NCBI GenBank assembly: GCA_977017645.1
Contig: OZ360220.1
Location: 151,528,001 to 151,592,000 of the forward strand
DNA: 64,000 nucleotides
DNA from: Torpedo marmorata
Lineage: Eukaryota
Direction of reading: 5' to 3'
The position numbers and the translations under genes are program-made. The notes under the pieces are model-generated. The model made no database searches, was not told the DNA's origin, and saw only the letters and a program-made list of their open reading frames with translations. How positions within the stretch are numbered: the first letter of the stretch is position 1; each line of letters begins with the position of its first letter. This document shows positions 35,371 to 47,611 of the stretch, in pieces.

Positions 35371-38300
35371 CATGAATGGAACAGATGGTTAAATACATTT
35401 GTTAAATCCACTCAACATGGCCTATGTCATTGAAAAAAAAACTGAACCATTACCTGTGAATGAATCTGCTGTCTTAATTCATGGCCTATTGATTGAGACA
35501 ACCTCGCACGTTAAATAACATCCCATATTGAATCAATGTGAAGCAATTGCAATTTCTAATAAATCTACATTTTTCTGAATTCTTAAATAGGTCATGTTTT
35601 ACTTTGGTCAGAATTATAACATAATAATCCAAGTAAGCCAAGCATTGCCTTTAAAAAATGTTTTGTTCTGAACAACATAAGAATAATCTATCCCTGGATG
35701 TTCAATTGAACAATTACTGAGAAATTAGAATTCTACTTTAGAAGTGGTACCATTGAGATATAAATTAAATTAATTCATCTTCGATGGTTTACAGGATGTC
35801 TTTGGTTCCATATTGATTTAAGCCAGGATTGAAGGAGCTGGAGACACACTAGAGATTGCAGATGCTGTAATCTCTCACCGATTCCCTCCTGGCGCTTGTT
35901 CACTCCACTTTTCCTCCACCGCCACCACCCCCCCCCCCCCAACCCCACAGCCGGTCCTCATTGTACTGACCATCTCCCCTCTGCCCTCTTGGTATTGAAT
36001 GGTTCTGACCTGAAATGCCGACAATTCTTTTTCTCCCACTGATGCTGCTTAACCTGCTGAGTTCCTCCAGCAGATTGTTCCTTGAAGGAGCTTTATTGTG
36101 GCTATTTTTTTCCAGGACATCAACCCTTCATGTTCTGTGCCACACACCACCTGAATGCACAGGGCAGGAGGCCTGATGACAAGACTACTGCTCTTCAGGC
36201 ATGAGCCGGAAATTCTCAGGTTCACTGCACTTGTAGAAAATCCCTCGCCTTCCAGGGCAGAGAACAAGGGGTTGGGAATTCAAATTTTTATTCCACAATA
36301 TTTCCCCACCTGTGCCATCTTGCCTCTGGTGGCAATCAGTCTGGAGACTTTATCACAAGACCAATTGAGTACAAAACAGAGATGTCACCTCCAAATTAAA
36401 GAGAGACTTGGTGAGAATGTGTTTGATCACTGTGCACAGGTCTGCCATACCTAACTGAGGTAGGACAGAATTGTGATAGAGCGAGTGCAGTAGAACTTCA
36501 TCAGATTGACTCCTGGGATGGTGGGTTTGAACAATGAAGGGACTGCACCTATACCTATTAAAAGAGTGTGAGGTGATCTGAATTAACATACAGCGTACTA
36601 ATGAGGGTTGGCAGTGTAGATATGCAATTGATACTTCACCCAAATTGATACTTCACCCAGGCCAACGCAACAATTATCTTCTGAGCAGGTTTGGAGAAAG
36701 GGTCGCTGACCAGAAACCTCAATTGGCTTCTCTTTCCACAGATGCTGCTTGGCTGGCTGAACCTTCCAGTGTTTTCTCTTTTTGTTTCATGTTCCAGCAT
36801 CATGTCTGTGTGAGTTTTCCCCAGGTGCTCTGGTTTCCTCCCACCCTTCAAAACGTTGTAGGTTAATTGGACACAGGCTCATAGGCCAGAAGGGCCTCTT
36901 ATGTCTAAATTTTTAAAAAATCTCAGTTTTATTTGTTTTCCATGGGAATTATCTTCCTATTTGATTGCTGAACTTGCATATGGACTTTCAGCAATTTTGT
37001 CACTGGGAAGCCCAAGTCTCTCAATCACTCACCATTCAAAACAAAATTTAACTTCTAAATTCTACCATCAAAATGGGCAGCTTCACATTTTTCCTAGTTA
37101 TATCCCATCTTCGAAGAGAAAAGCTTGGGCTTATTTGGTGCAGGACTAGTTAATAATTTAGCATCCTGCGCCACACTATGTTGTGAGCACCCAGAGCTCC
37201 TCGTTTAATCCCATGTCATCCTGTGCCTTTCATAACAGCATGTAGCCCCATGCAGGAGTCCAATGAGAATGCAGGTGTAACAGTTGATTGATCAAATCCC
37301 AACTACAGAAATTTGTTGGTGGCCAGATCGAACGACTACAATTGTGCAAATTCTCCAGTAAGTAATACCGTCCACAAACCACTATATTATTTGATTTGAT
37401 CATGGATAAGCAAAAAAAGCCAAATTGACAACAACAGGCGTGATGGCCTGTGCAGTGAGTCCCAGCTTGTCTGTTAAATCACAATATATGCCCAGTGCTG
37501 TCCTGAAGTGGGGCGCGAGGTAATTTAGAGGCAATCATAATGAGGTGTGATGTTGAATGTTCCTCAGGGCTCCCTTAGCTGTTGGCAAGATTACACGCAG
37601 CCGACTGATGTTGGAGAGTTTGATGTGTTACATTGCTATCATCTTCAAAGCTAAGAAAGTACTTGCATGTGAATGTAGGGCAGAAATCACACCCTCAGGA
37701 TACTCCACACAGGCAATTAACTACTTTTGAAGTGTAGCCACTGCTGTAATGTTAAAAACATTGCGGACTATTTCTGCACAGCAAGCTCCCACGGACACCA
37801 GTGCAGCATAAAACCAGATTGGAAACATTTTGGGCTACGTTGGGGCTAACTATTTGGTAAATAACTTTGCATGCCATCCAAGAATGTTGCGGCACCTTAT
37901 GTGTACAGCAGAAAGGGCCTCAATTTATATGCCTCCTCCTTGAGTTCCGAACACCACTTACTCCATTTGGAAGACTTTACACCAGCAGCCAATAGTTTGT
38001 CCAACTCGGGATTTGTCTGTCCAACCACTAACCTGTATTCTCACTAAATTTCTCAGAGAGTTTCTGGAAAGGCATAGAATGGTGTAATGGTGTCGAACTG
38101 GAACAGACTGAGGTGCGCTTAGTGTGGCCCTGCTGCCTGACATAGTGACCCAATTCAACCTTGACCCGATGGAGTTTGGACATTTTCCCTGTGTCCTTCC
38201 AGTTTTCTCCCACATCCCAAAGACTGCAGGTTAATCAGTCTCTATAACGCCCCTAGTGAGTAGAATCTGGCAGAATTGATAGGAATGTGAGGATAATAAA

Positions 38301-38377
38301 ATGGGATAGTACAGGATTAGTATAAATCATTGGTTGATGATTGACAAAACTCAAAGGGCCAAAGGGCCTGTTTCTGT

Positions 38378-39316
38378 AGTAAAACATGAAAGTCTGCAGA
38401 CTCCATGGTTGAAGTAAAAACACATTGCTGGAGAAACTCAACAGATCAAACAGTGCCCTTTATATAGCAAAAATAAAAATACATAACCGACGTTTCGGGC
38501 TTGAACCCTTCATCGAGGTATGCAAAAATGTCAGGAGGCTTCCGAATAAAAAGGTAAGGGGAGAGGCGTGGGGGGAGGAGCATGGTCGCAAAGGCAGGAG
38601 GTAATACATGGAGAAGGGAGGGAGGGCACAGCAGCAAGCAGGGGGAGGAGGGATGGCTAGGTGAATAGAGAGGGAAGAGGGTGGAGAGCTGAGGGAAAGA
38701 AGACAGGGGGAAGGGAAAGGAGGGGGAAAGGAGAGAAGGTTAGCAGAAACCGGAAAAGTCATCCGGCTGGAGAGTGCTCAGACGGCAAATCAGGTGTTGT
38801 TCATCCAATTTACGGGTGGTCTTGGAATGGGATAGTACATGAGGCCATGGATAGACATGTGAGAATGGGAGTGGTACGCAGAACTGAAATGGTTGGCCAC
38901 TGGGAGGTCCCTGTTGCTGGTGCGAACAGAGCGAAGGTGCTCAGTGAAGCGATCTCCCAATCTGCGCTCAGTCTCTCCGATGTAGAGAAGGCCACAAAGG
39001 GAGCACCGGATGCAGTAAATCAATCCTGCGGATACACAAGTAACGTGTTGCTTCACTTGAAAGGCCTGTTTGGGGCCCCGGACTGTGGTGAGGGAGGAGG
39101 TGTGGGCGCAAGTGTGGCACCTCCTGCGGTCTCAGGGGAAGGTGCCGGGGGGCGATTGGTGGGGAGGGATGAGTGCACGAGGGAGTCACGGAGGGAGCGG
39201 TCCCTACGGAAGGTAGAGAGGGGAAGAGAGGGGAAGATGTGTCTGGCAGTGGGGTCCTGTTATAAGTGCCGGAAATTCCAGAGGATAATGCAGAGGCTGG
39301 TGGGGTGGTAGGTGAG
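38378..39316 (-). mobile_element. Penelope-like element 3' portion: GIY-YIG endonuclease remnant plus pLTR
   Basis: TCVSAGLIYCIRCSLCGLLYIGETERRLGDRFTEHLRSV...PVANHF (38790-39056) is a PLE-type GIY-YIG motif. Hammerhead-like motif at 38482-38522. Inserted in the tail of a SINE (about 38180-38377). Confidence 0.9.
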
Positions 39317-39670
39317 GTGCTCTTTATGACTCTATATGGTACGGCAGATATTGGCTCAGAATTACTAACCAGCATTTCAGCAAGTCAAGCCAACTTGTTT
39401 CCTTAGGACCACAACGTTCAGGCAGAAAAAGCAATGCAAGACAGATCTTGGCCTAGACTTTATGGACAAATCTATCAATTCAGCAATTTCTCAAATTAAT
39501 CGAACTGTGAGGCCAAGTGTCGTGAAAACAGAGTTCTGGGCAGTCAACAGAATAGGGACAAAGAGTTTTACCACATGGAACAGGCCTTTTGGCCCAACTT
39601 GTTTGTACCGAACATGTTGTCTTCCCAAGCTACTCCCATTTGCCTGTATTCAGCCAATATCCCTCTAAAC

Positions 39671-40045
39671 CAGTGGTTTTCAAACTGCCCCCCTACACTA
39701 ACATTCCACCTTAAGCAATCCCTATGCCATAAGTGCTCTGTGATTAGTAAGGGATTGTTTAAGGTGGTATGTGAGTGGGAAGGGAAGGTTGAGAACCACT
39801 GCTCTAGACCCAATTGTTACTGAAATATTTTGCTTGAGAAAAATTGTCATTGGCCCATTTCCTTTGGAGTTATGAAACCGTGCACATAACGAGACAATTA
39901 GGTACGATTAAAACAGTGGTTTTCAAACTTTTTCTTCCCACTCACATACCACCTTAAGCAATCCCTTTATAATCACAGAGCACTTATGGCATAGGGATTG
40001 CTTAAGGTGGAATGTGAGTGTAGGGGGGCAGTTTGAAAACCACTG
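39671..40045. mobile_element. Second copy of the composite hAT double-MITE element
   Basis: Perfect 8-bp TSD ctctaaac at 39663-39670 and 40046-40053. MITEs at 39671-39801 and 39914-40045, same 112-bp spacer as 25939-26050. Inserted in a CR1 fragment. Confidence 0.9.
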
Positions 40046-40244
40046 CTCTAAACCTTTCCTGCCCATGTGCCTGTCTACATAAATGTCATCCAAATGTTCC
40101 AATTGTACAATTGTACCTGCTTCTCCCTTTGCCTCTCTGGCAACTCGTTCCATATACACACCATCTTCCGTGCAAAGGGACAGGCACTTCAGAAACTACC
40201 CACCCACCAGCCCCAACTGTGGGATAGTCTGTAATCAGACCGTA

Positions 40245-40530
40245 AGATATAGGAGAAAAAGTGGCCATCGATCCAGCTCCACCTTTCAAATTGTGGCTGA
40301 TGTATTCTTTCTTTCAAACCCATTCTCCTGCCTTCTCTCCATAACGTTTGATGTCCTTATTAATCCTATCAACCTCCACTTTAAATATACCCAATGACCT
40401 GGTCTCCATAACCATCTGTGGCAACCAGTTCCACAGACTCATCACCCTCTGGCTGAGGAAGTTTCTCCAATGTTCTAAAGGTATGTCCTGAAGGCTGTGC
40501 CCTCTGGTCCTAGACTCACGCACTATGGGA
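40245..40530 (-). mobile_element. CR1 3' fragment
   Basis: ESRTRGHSL...RNFLSQRVMSLWNWLPQ...YGEKAGEW. Confidence 0.8.
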
Positions 40531-41664
40531 AACTTTCAAACTTTAGCCTTATCAACTGTCTTAGGTCCACAAAATCAGAGTTAAATTCATCCTCAATCCC
40601 AAAGCACAGCCTAAGATTAGCTCAGAAATATAAAGGAAACATAAAAAGGCTAGAAATACTCAGTCGGTCAGACAGCATCCATAGATGGGAAACAGATAAT
40701 GTTTCAGTTTGGTTATCTTTCAGCAGAATGAAGGAAGGCCAGCCTTTTTTGTCTTTATTTCAGATTTCTAACATTTGCTCATTCTAAAGGAGCTGGCTCT
40801 GTAACAATCAGTCACCTTCTTTCAAGGTGGTTTCAAGATAACTGCGATTTTGTTTTAGGTAAATTTCACTAACAAGTTTACTCTTTATATCCACTATTTA
40901 GGAAGTCTTGTCAGTAAAGGCCTGAAGAATTACACTGGGATATTTTAAACCTGCCGCCTGGATTGTAAATGAACCACCTGCGATTTTCTGCTCACAATAA
41001 CTTGTAAACTAATCTCTCTGCTCCATTTAATTAGCCCCAGGCTGTTGTCTAAACACTAGTGTTGTTATGGTGGAGAGTTAAGTGATTTTTTTTTAAGCTC
41101 AGTGGGTTTGCCTTCACAACTAAGAACATTCAAACTCTCCTCTTTGACAACAAATCAGCTGGAACGCCACAAGTGATAATCCCCCCCAAAAGAAACCTTC
41201 AGTAAAAAGTCATTTGCAATAACGGATGGGGAGAAGGGAGGAATTCTTTGGAACAGGACATCAGTGACAATTGTAAATCTGGTTCACATTAATCCCTGCC
41301 TCTCCATTCTGACTGGTGTTTGGTTATTTTCTTGGTTTCATTCCTGATTTTTGTCTTATTTTTTGAACCAAGACTGAAACGATGTGGTTTTCTATTTCCA
41401 AAGTGATTCTTTCAAACTCCCTGGTTTTCTCCAACATGCTGCAGGGACTAATATCCTATATAAGGCAGGTCTTGGAATGAGGACAAAGGTCTTGCTATTC
41501 TGCATCTGCAGTCTTGTGTATCAGCTTCTCTACTCCATCTTAGTAATTCTACGGGTACTTTAAAAGGTTTAAGCATATGTAGACCTCAGGTGTTAATTCC
41601 TCTGCCTACTGAATACATTTTTCTGCAGTTTTGTTTACTGAAATATACCTGTACCTTGACTCTG

Positions 41665-41935
41665 TAAGAACATATGAGAAAGAGTAGGTCATCTTTGAGT
41701 TGAGTCTGCTCCAAAATTTGTTAAGATCATGGTTGATGTGGCCGTAGACTCAGCTCCACTTACCTGCCCTTTTCCCATAGCCCTTAATTCCACTACTTTG
41801 CAAAAATCCATTTAACTGCACCTTAAATATAGTCAATGAAGTAGCTGCCGCTGCTTCGCTGGGCAGAGAATTCAGATTCACCACTTTCTGGGAAAAGCAG
41901 TTCCCCATCATCTCCATCCCAAATCTACTCCCTCG
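41665..41935 (-). mobile_element. CR1 3' fragment
   Basis: GSRFGMEMMGNCFSQKVVN...GYGKRAGKWS. Confidence 0.8.
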
Positions 41936-42409
41936 AAAACCACCAATCACCTACTCCTGCCCTTGTCATTTAGGAATTAGAACCAGCTGAAATGCTATGG
42001 TGTGGAGTTTATCGCCATGGCTATCCGCTCAAAATTGCTGCCCAGTCATCACTCACCCAAGTTTACTTCTACCAAACCCAGAAAGCCTATCCTCTCTGGG
42101 TAGTCTTGGAATCCAATACAGGTAATGAGTCTTTGATTGATAGCAGGGCCTTGAACAGGTATTCTGGGGAGATGATGGTGATCGAAATCCAGAACATGAA
42201 CTCTTTTGGAAGCCTTTGACAACCAATTAAACCCCTCCCTCAGCTTTGCCAGCTGTCAAAATAATCAAGGGATTTAAATGTCTCTGACATTCAGAAACCT
42301 TTAAAAGCTATGACAACAAAATATAATCAAATAAAAACACCAAAATAAAAAACAAGCAAACAAAGGTTTATATTTTTTCAAAAGTATAACTGATTAATTA
42401 TGAAATCAA

Positions 42410-42757
42410 TGAGGAGATACAGCATAGAAACAGGCCCTTCAGCCCATTGACTCCAAGCCAACCATTGACCACCCATTTACACAAATCCTACTTTAATCCC
42501 ATATTTTCTTCACACATTCTCATTAATTCCTCCCAGATTCTACCACTCACCTACACACTAAAGATAATTCACAGTGGTCAATAACCTACCAACCTGCACG
42601 TTTGAAATGTAGGAGGAATCTGGAGCACCTGGAGGAAAGCTACAAGGCTACAGGAAGACCATGCAAACTCCACGCAGACAGCAGCTGGAGGTCAGGATTG
42701 AATTTGGGTTGCTGGGAATGTGAGGCAGTGGCTCTACTAGCTGAGCCACCATGCCCC
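42410..42757 (-). mobile_element. tRNA-derived SINE
   Basis: Reverse complement reads ggcatggtggctcagctagtagagccactgcctcaca...tgcgtggagtttgcatgg...gggctgaagggcctgtttc. Confidence 0.75.
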
Positions 42758-43394
42758 CCTTATTGTTGCCCTTCCCTTTCATATCTGAAGCCCCTGTAAT
42801 CTCCATTGAAAACAATGTGTGCAGAGATGAGTGCCAGGCCAAAGCAGGAGAGAAATACGATAGATGATTGGCCAATACAAATGCTAGGGAAGCTCAGGTG
42901 TTCATCTTTGCCACTGGTCTCCAAGGTGGAACCTTGTCTCAAAAAAGCCAGGGGAACACAATCACTACATTTAGGAATACCGCATTTGCACTGGAGTTCC
43001 AAAACTTGCCAATAATTCCATGTGGAACTGCCAATATTCACCAACAAATCCTTGCTCAGTATTTTACAACAAAGTAGCTACTTGTTGTAAGGTCAGAAAT
43101 TCTGATGGCTGTTACACTGTGCAGGATTGCAGTAGCCTTGTGCTTAATATAGTGGATTAGCAACTAGCTCTGTCCCACCAATCCAGGGACAAGAGTTCAA
43201 ATCCCACCATGGCCCCTGGTGAATTTGAATTCAATAATTTCAATCTGTAATTAGATTAAATAGTTAGTTTCCATAATGGTAACTATGGAACTACCAGACT
43301 GTATAAATCCAACTGGAAGGGGAAGAATAAGGGTGGCACGGTGTCTCACTGAGCCACTGCCTCACATCCCCAGACCACCACTCCTTTTAAAGCA

Positions 43395-43665
43395 ATGTAG
43401 TATAGAAACAGGCCCTTCGGCCCATCGCTTCGACCTTTTGAGAATAATGTTACTCAAATCTTATCAACACCCTACCCCCTGCCCAAGATTCTATCACTCA
43501 TCCTCACACCAGGAGCAACTTCCAGCAACCAACCAGCATACCTTTGGGAAGTGGGAGGAAACTGGAACACCTGGGGAAGACCCACGCAGTCACAGGAGAG
43601 CAAGTAAATGCCACACAGACAGCACCTGAGATCAGGCTGGAGGTGTGAGGCAGCAGCTGCATCAC
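43395..43665 (-). mobile_element. SINE
   Basis: Reverse complement contains 'ctcctgtgactgcgtgggtcttccccaggtgttccagtttcctccca' and a 'gggccgaagggcctgtttc' tail. Confidence 0.7.
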
Positions 43666-45879
43666 CTTTCCGAGAAGAAAATCTGAAGCCCTTATCTGTG
43701 GCCTATATATCCATGTGGTTGACTCTTAACTTCCTCTGTCATTTAGGAGAAATTAGGAATAGGCAATGTATCCACATTACCAGCGATCCCTTGAGTGACT
43801 AAAAGAGGTCCACACTGATATTCCTCAATGAATAAATTATTGTGCTTCTTAATAGAGCCATTCACCTCAGTCATACTCTCTTCTACCCCTCCCGTCAGTC
43901 AGAAGATACATGAGTTTGAAAACATGCTCCACCAGATTCGATGACAGTTTCTTCCTCGCTAGTAAAATTATGCTGTCCTTCCACTGTTTTATCTCCCCTT
44001 TTTCTCTGTAACGCTTTACTCTGCACTTTTGTTCTATTTTGCATTACTTGCTTTGTACATAAAGTATGGGTCGACTTGCCTGGGTAGCATGCAAAACAAT
44101 ATTTCTCACTGTATCTCGGTACACATGACTACAAACAATTCAATTTAATTAAAGTGTTTGATTTCTGTGTTCCCTGAATAATTTCAAGCCATGTTGCATT
44201 CACGTATTCCAGCAAAAATGACACTGACTGCAGTCTTTATTGGGAAGAAGTTGTAGACTAAGTGAGTGTTTTGTACTTTTCAAGAAAGTACATCAGCAAG
44301 TCATTACAGTGAAATGATTTGTATTTGCACTGTAGCTAATCTAACTGCTCACTGGAGTAAATCTCATAACCTGTCAGCAATAAAGCCAGTTTAAGACCTG
44401 AGATGATGATAATATTGCACAGGACACCTATTATGGGTGGACACTATGTAGGCTTCAGTGCACAGTTTCAGATCATGGTCATAAACCTTTAAAGAGCAGG
44501 CAGATGTTTCAAGCTTATATCAGAAGGCTGATTTGTGTTAGTTAAAGGAAGTGACCATAAAGATTTTATATAGTAGGATATTCCTCTGAAGTGAAGTCTG
44601 ATTCAGTAATCCTTGCAAACATAACTGCTGTTATACAATCCATTGTGTCTTCCTGCCTAGGTCAGAAACATCTGTTGTTTAATATGTACAGCTGATTTAT
44701 TATCTATAGGATGCTTATCTTGCTTTAGATTTGACCCTGTCCTTTTTGCTGCAAATCAGTATTCCACTATTTACTTATACATTGTCCTAACAAGCCTCCT
44801 TTACCTCTCTATTGCTTTGTACTCCCCTTCATTTCCTTTGTTCAGTGCAAACATTGTTTAATTGTTTTATTATAACTAATTAATTATGATCAGATAGGTT
44901 TCAGTGTATTTTCATCCAATTTGCTGTTCACATTAAATGTGCTTCAAGAGCTCAGATCAACAAATGATAGTTATAAAAATACACTAATTTGGCTCAGTAG
45001 GTTGTTTACCAAATTTTCTCCCGTACTCATTGGCACAGCAATAAGCTGGGGTTTATGAACTCTTTGTTTGAAGTTGGTTCTGGAAAAGCGGCCTCCAATC
45101 TGCTTGTGTGTAAATTGTCCTCTTACACGTTTCAAAGGAAGTTGGTGCTTTTTTGTCAATTGTGTCAAGAAAGGTTCGGCTGTGAAACAATATCACCGCA
45201 GATAATTGTATTCCTTCCTAATGTTTCTCAACGTGACTGACAATGTTCTTAAATAATCAAAATATCCTGATGTTGCTAATATTACTAATGCCATCCCTGT
45301 CTTGGATTTTGATGATCTCCATCTCCTCCACTCTGTGCTCCCCTTGTCTCAGTTAGATGGTTTATTCCCCAGTATCTGTTCATTAGCTGAAAGTTGCCAT
45401 TTATGTCAATTTTTGTTTTGTGACATTTGATGAAAGAATTTATGAAAAATCAAATTATTGCCTGTGGTAGGGAATTAAAACAATTTTTCATTTAAAAGCA
45501 AATAATATTACTACCTTTGGGAATCCTACAATTCTTTTTGTATTCCCTTCCCTCTTTACAACATTAGACTGCACAGTACATACAGTATAATGGCTTCAAT
45601 TTCTCCCTAATCTGTGCTGAAACAGAAATCAGTGTCATAAATTATTGAGGCTTGGAATAAGAATCCACGGCAATGGCCTCAGAATTTTCAAAACCCCAAG
45701 AGCTGAATCAATAAGGAAAATGCAGGTCCCTCCTTCAACAGTGTACAGTAATAAGTGGAGCATGCTCTGTCGCAGCTCTTTGCAGGAGAGGTCTTCGGTA
45801 CATTGTCTTGTTTGGTTTCTATTTAGAGTTCGGCGAAACTGCTCACTGAGTTTGAGCGAAAACCAATATTTATTTTTTT

Positions 45880-46100
45880 TAAATTAAATTTAGACATACC
45901 CTTTCGGCCCACGAGCCCGTGCCGCCCAATCACACCTAATTGACATACAACCTACAACGTTTTGGAGAGTGGGAGGAAACAGGAGCCCCCGGGGAGAACG
46001 TACAAACTCCTCACAGACAGCGCGGGATTCCAACCCAGGTCCCGATCGCTGTCGCTGTAACAGCGTTGCGCTAACCGCTACGCTAACCGTGTGCCGCCCC
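45880..46100 (-). mobile_element. Young CpG-rich SINE (family of 5425 and 7600)
   Basis: Reverse complement reads ggcggcacacggttagcgtagcggttagcgcaacgctgttacagcg...tctgtgaggagtttgtacgttctcccc. Confidence 0.8.
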
Positions 46101-47611
46101 CCTGCTGGGGGAACTCAGCGGGTCAAGCAGCATCAGTGGGAGAGAAAAGAATGGTCGGTGCTTCGGATCTGAACCCTTCATCAACTACGGTCCCACGAGT
46201 CTCCCCCGGATGCTGCTCGACGCGCTGAGTTCCTCCCGCTGACTGCTTTGCTTTTGCTCCAGATTCCGGCACCTGCAGTCTCTCGTGTCTCAAGGTTGAG
46301 CGAGCCATTCAACGGTGTTATACCGAGGCTGCCCACAGTTACTTTGAACGCTCTGTTGCAGAGCTGTCACCTACATGAAGACAACGATGAACCGAACGAC
46401 ATCAAATTAAACTCTAATCCGTTTAAGCGGCTGGTTGGAGAACAGTTACTGAGACAACCCTTCAGAGTCGCTGATTTATATGTAGTGGATGCACTGCCAA
46501 CGTGCACCTATTATGAAAGAAACATTGAGAAATTTCTCGATTGCAAACGTGTATTCGTTGACTGCGCGTCCATCACTGACATGCAACAGGCAAATAACAA
46601 TCAGCTCAGATGAAACCGCGTAGGACACGGGCAATTTATTTAAATGGAGTTGGCACCGATGAATCTGGCTGACTCGGGCGGAACTGCCTGTAAATAAAGT
46701 AATGCTTTTCATTCAAAATTTCGCACGAATTCTTGGAAAAACATCTGCTTTGACACAATAATGATGAAAGGAAACACGTTTTTTCCTTATGTAAATTGCT
46801 GTTGAGATTTAAATCCTCTTGCTCTTCAACCAGCAGTATTTATTTTTATGATTACAGAGAGTGTAGCTGGCCACAGCTGTAATTACTGGGCACCAGGGTA
46901 ATTCTTTTTCCACTTTCACAAACTAGCCACTATGATGTGAACAATTTATTTTAAAAAGATAACGTCTCCAACCTACTTCTCGTGCCAGCGATTACCGCAC
47001 ATTGTACGTTCTTTCTGGGCAATAGGCACTTGTGGTTTACAGCGGAAGGTTTACGGGACACCCTAACAAAGTAGGCATGAACCACAAACGTGGCACGACA
47101 GAAAGAATTCCACGTCGCATTCCTGCTTCCTTTAAGGACCTCTCAATGAAGTCTTCCAATGCAGCAAACCCGGGTCCGTTGTGCACTCAGCAAGTTCCAA
47201 AATCAGCGTGCTAATGAGCGTTCAAAGAATGCACACTCCTCACTCAACACTGGAATGGAAGAAACTGAGAGTCTGTCTCACAAAGGAAATGATTGCCCAG
47301 GACACTGCGCTTCCATGAAGCAGTTCACCTGAAATAGCCAATGGGGCTGTGGCTTCACATCTCATCAAACATACCTGCTTTTCTCCTTAAAAATACACTT
47401 TATTCATAAGATATGTAATAAACACAACCAGAACATGTTACTCCCGACTTTCATTGCAGCATCAGTTCAATGACTGTGTTAATGCCACTCCTGCTTCCTC
47501 CTTAAACAATGGCCCTGTGAAGAGTTTGAGAGACTGTAACAAGTGGCCCAGACCCTCAGTGTCCAGTGGCAGCAGGATCTGAGGCATTGGTCCTTCCCCA
47601 AACAGCCCCTG

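Noticed and set aside
38661-39311. 216-aa plus-strand ORF
   Set aside because: Antisense shadow of the Penelope GIY-YIG region.
46248-46613. 121-aa ORF as a nested gene
   Set aside because: Starts in repeat sequence at a non-ATG codon, with no recognisable motif or splice support.
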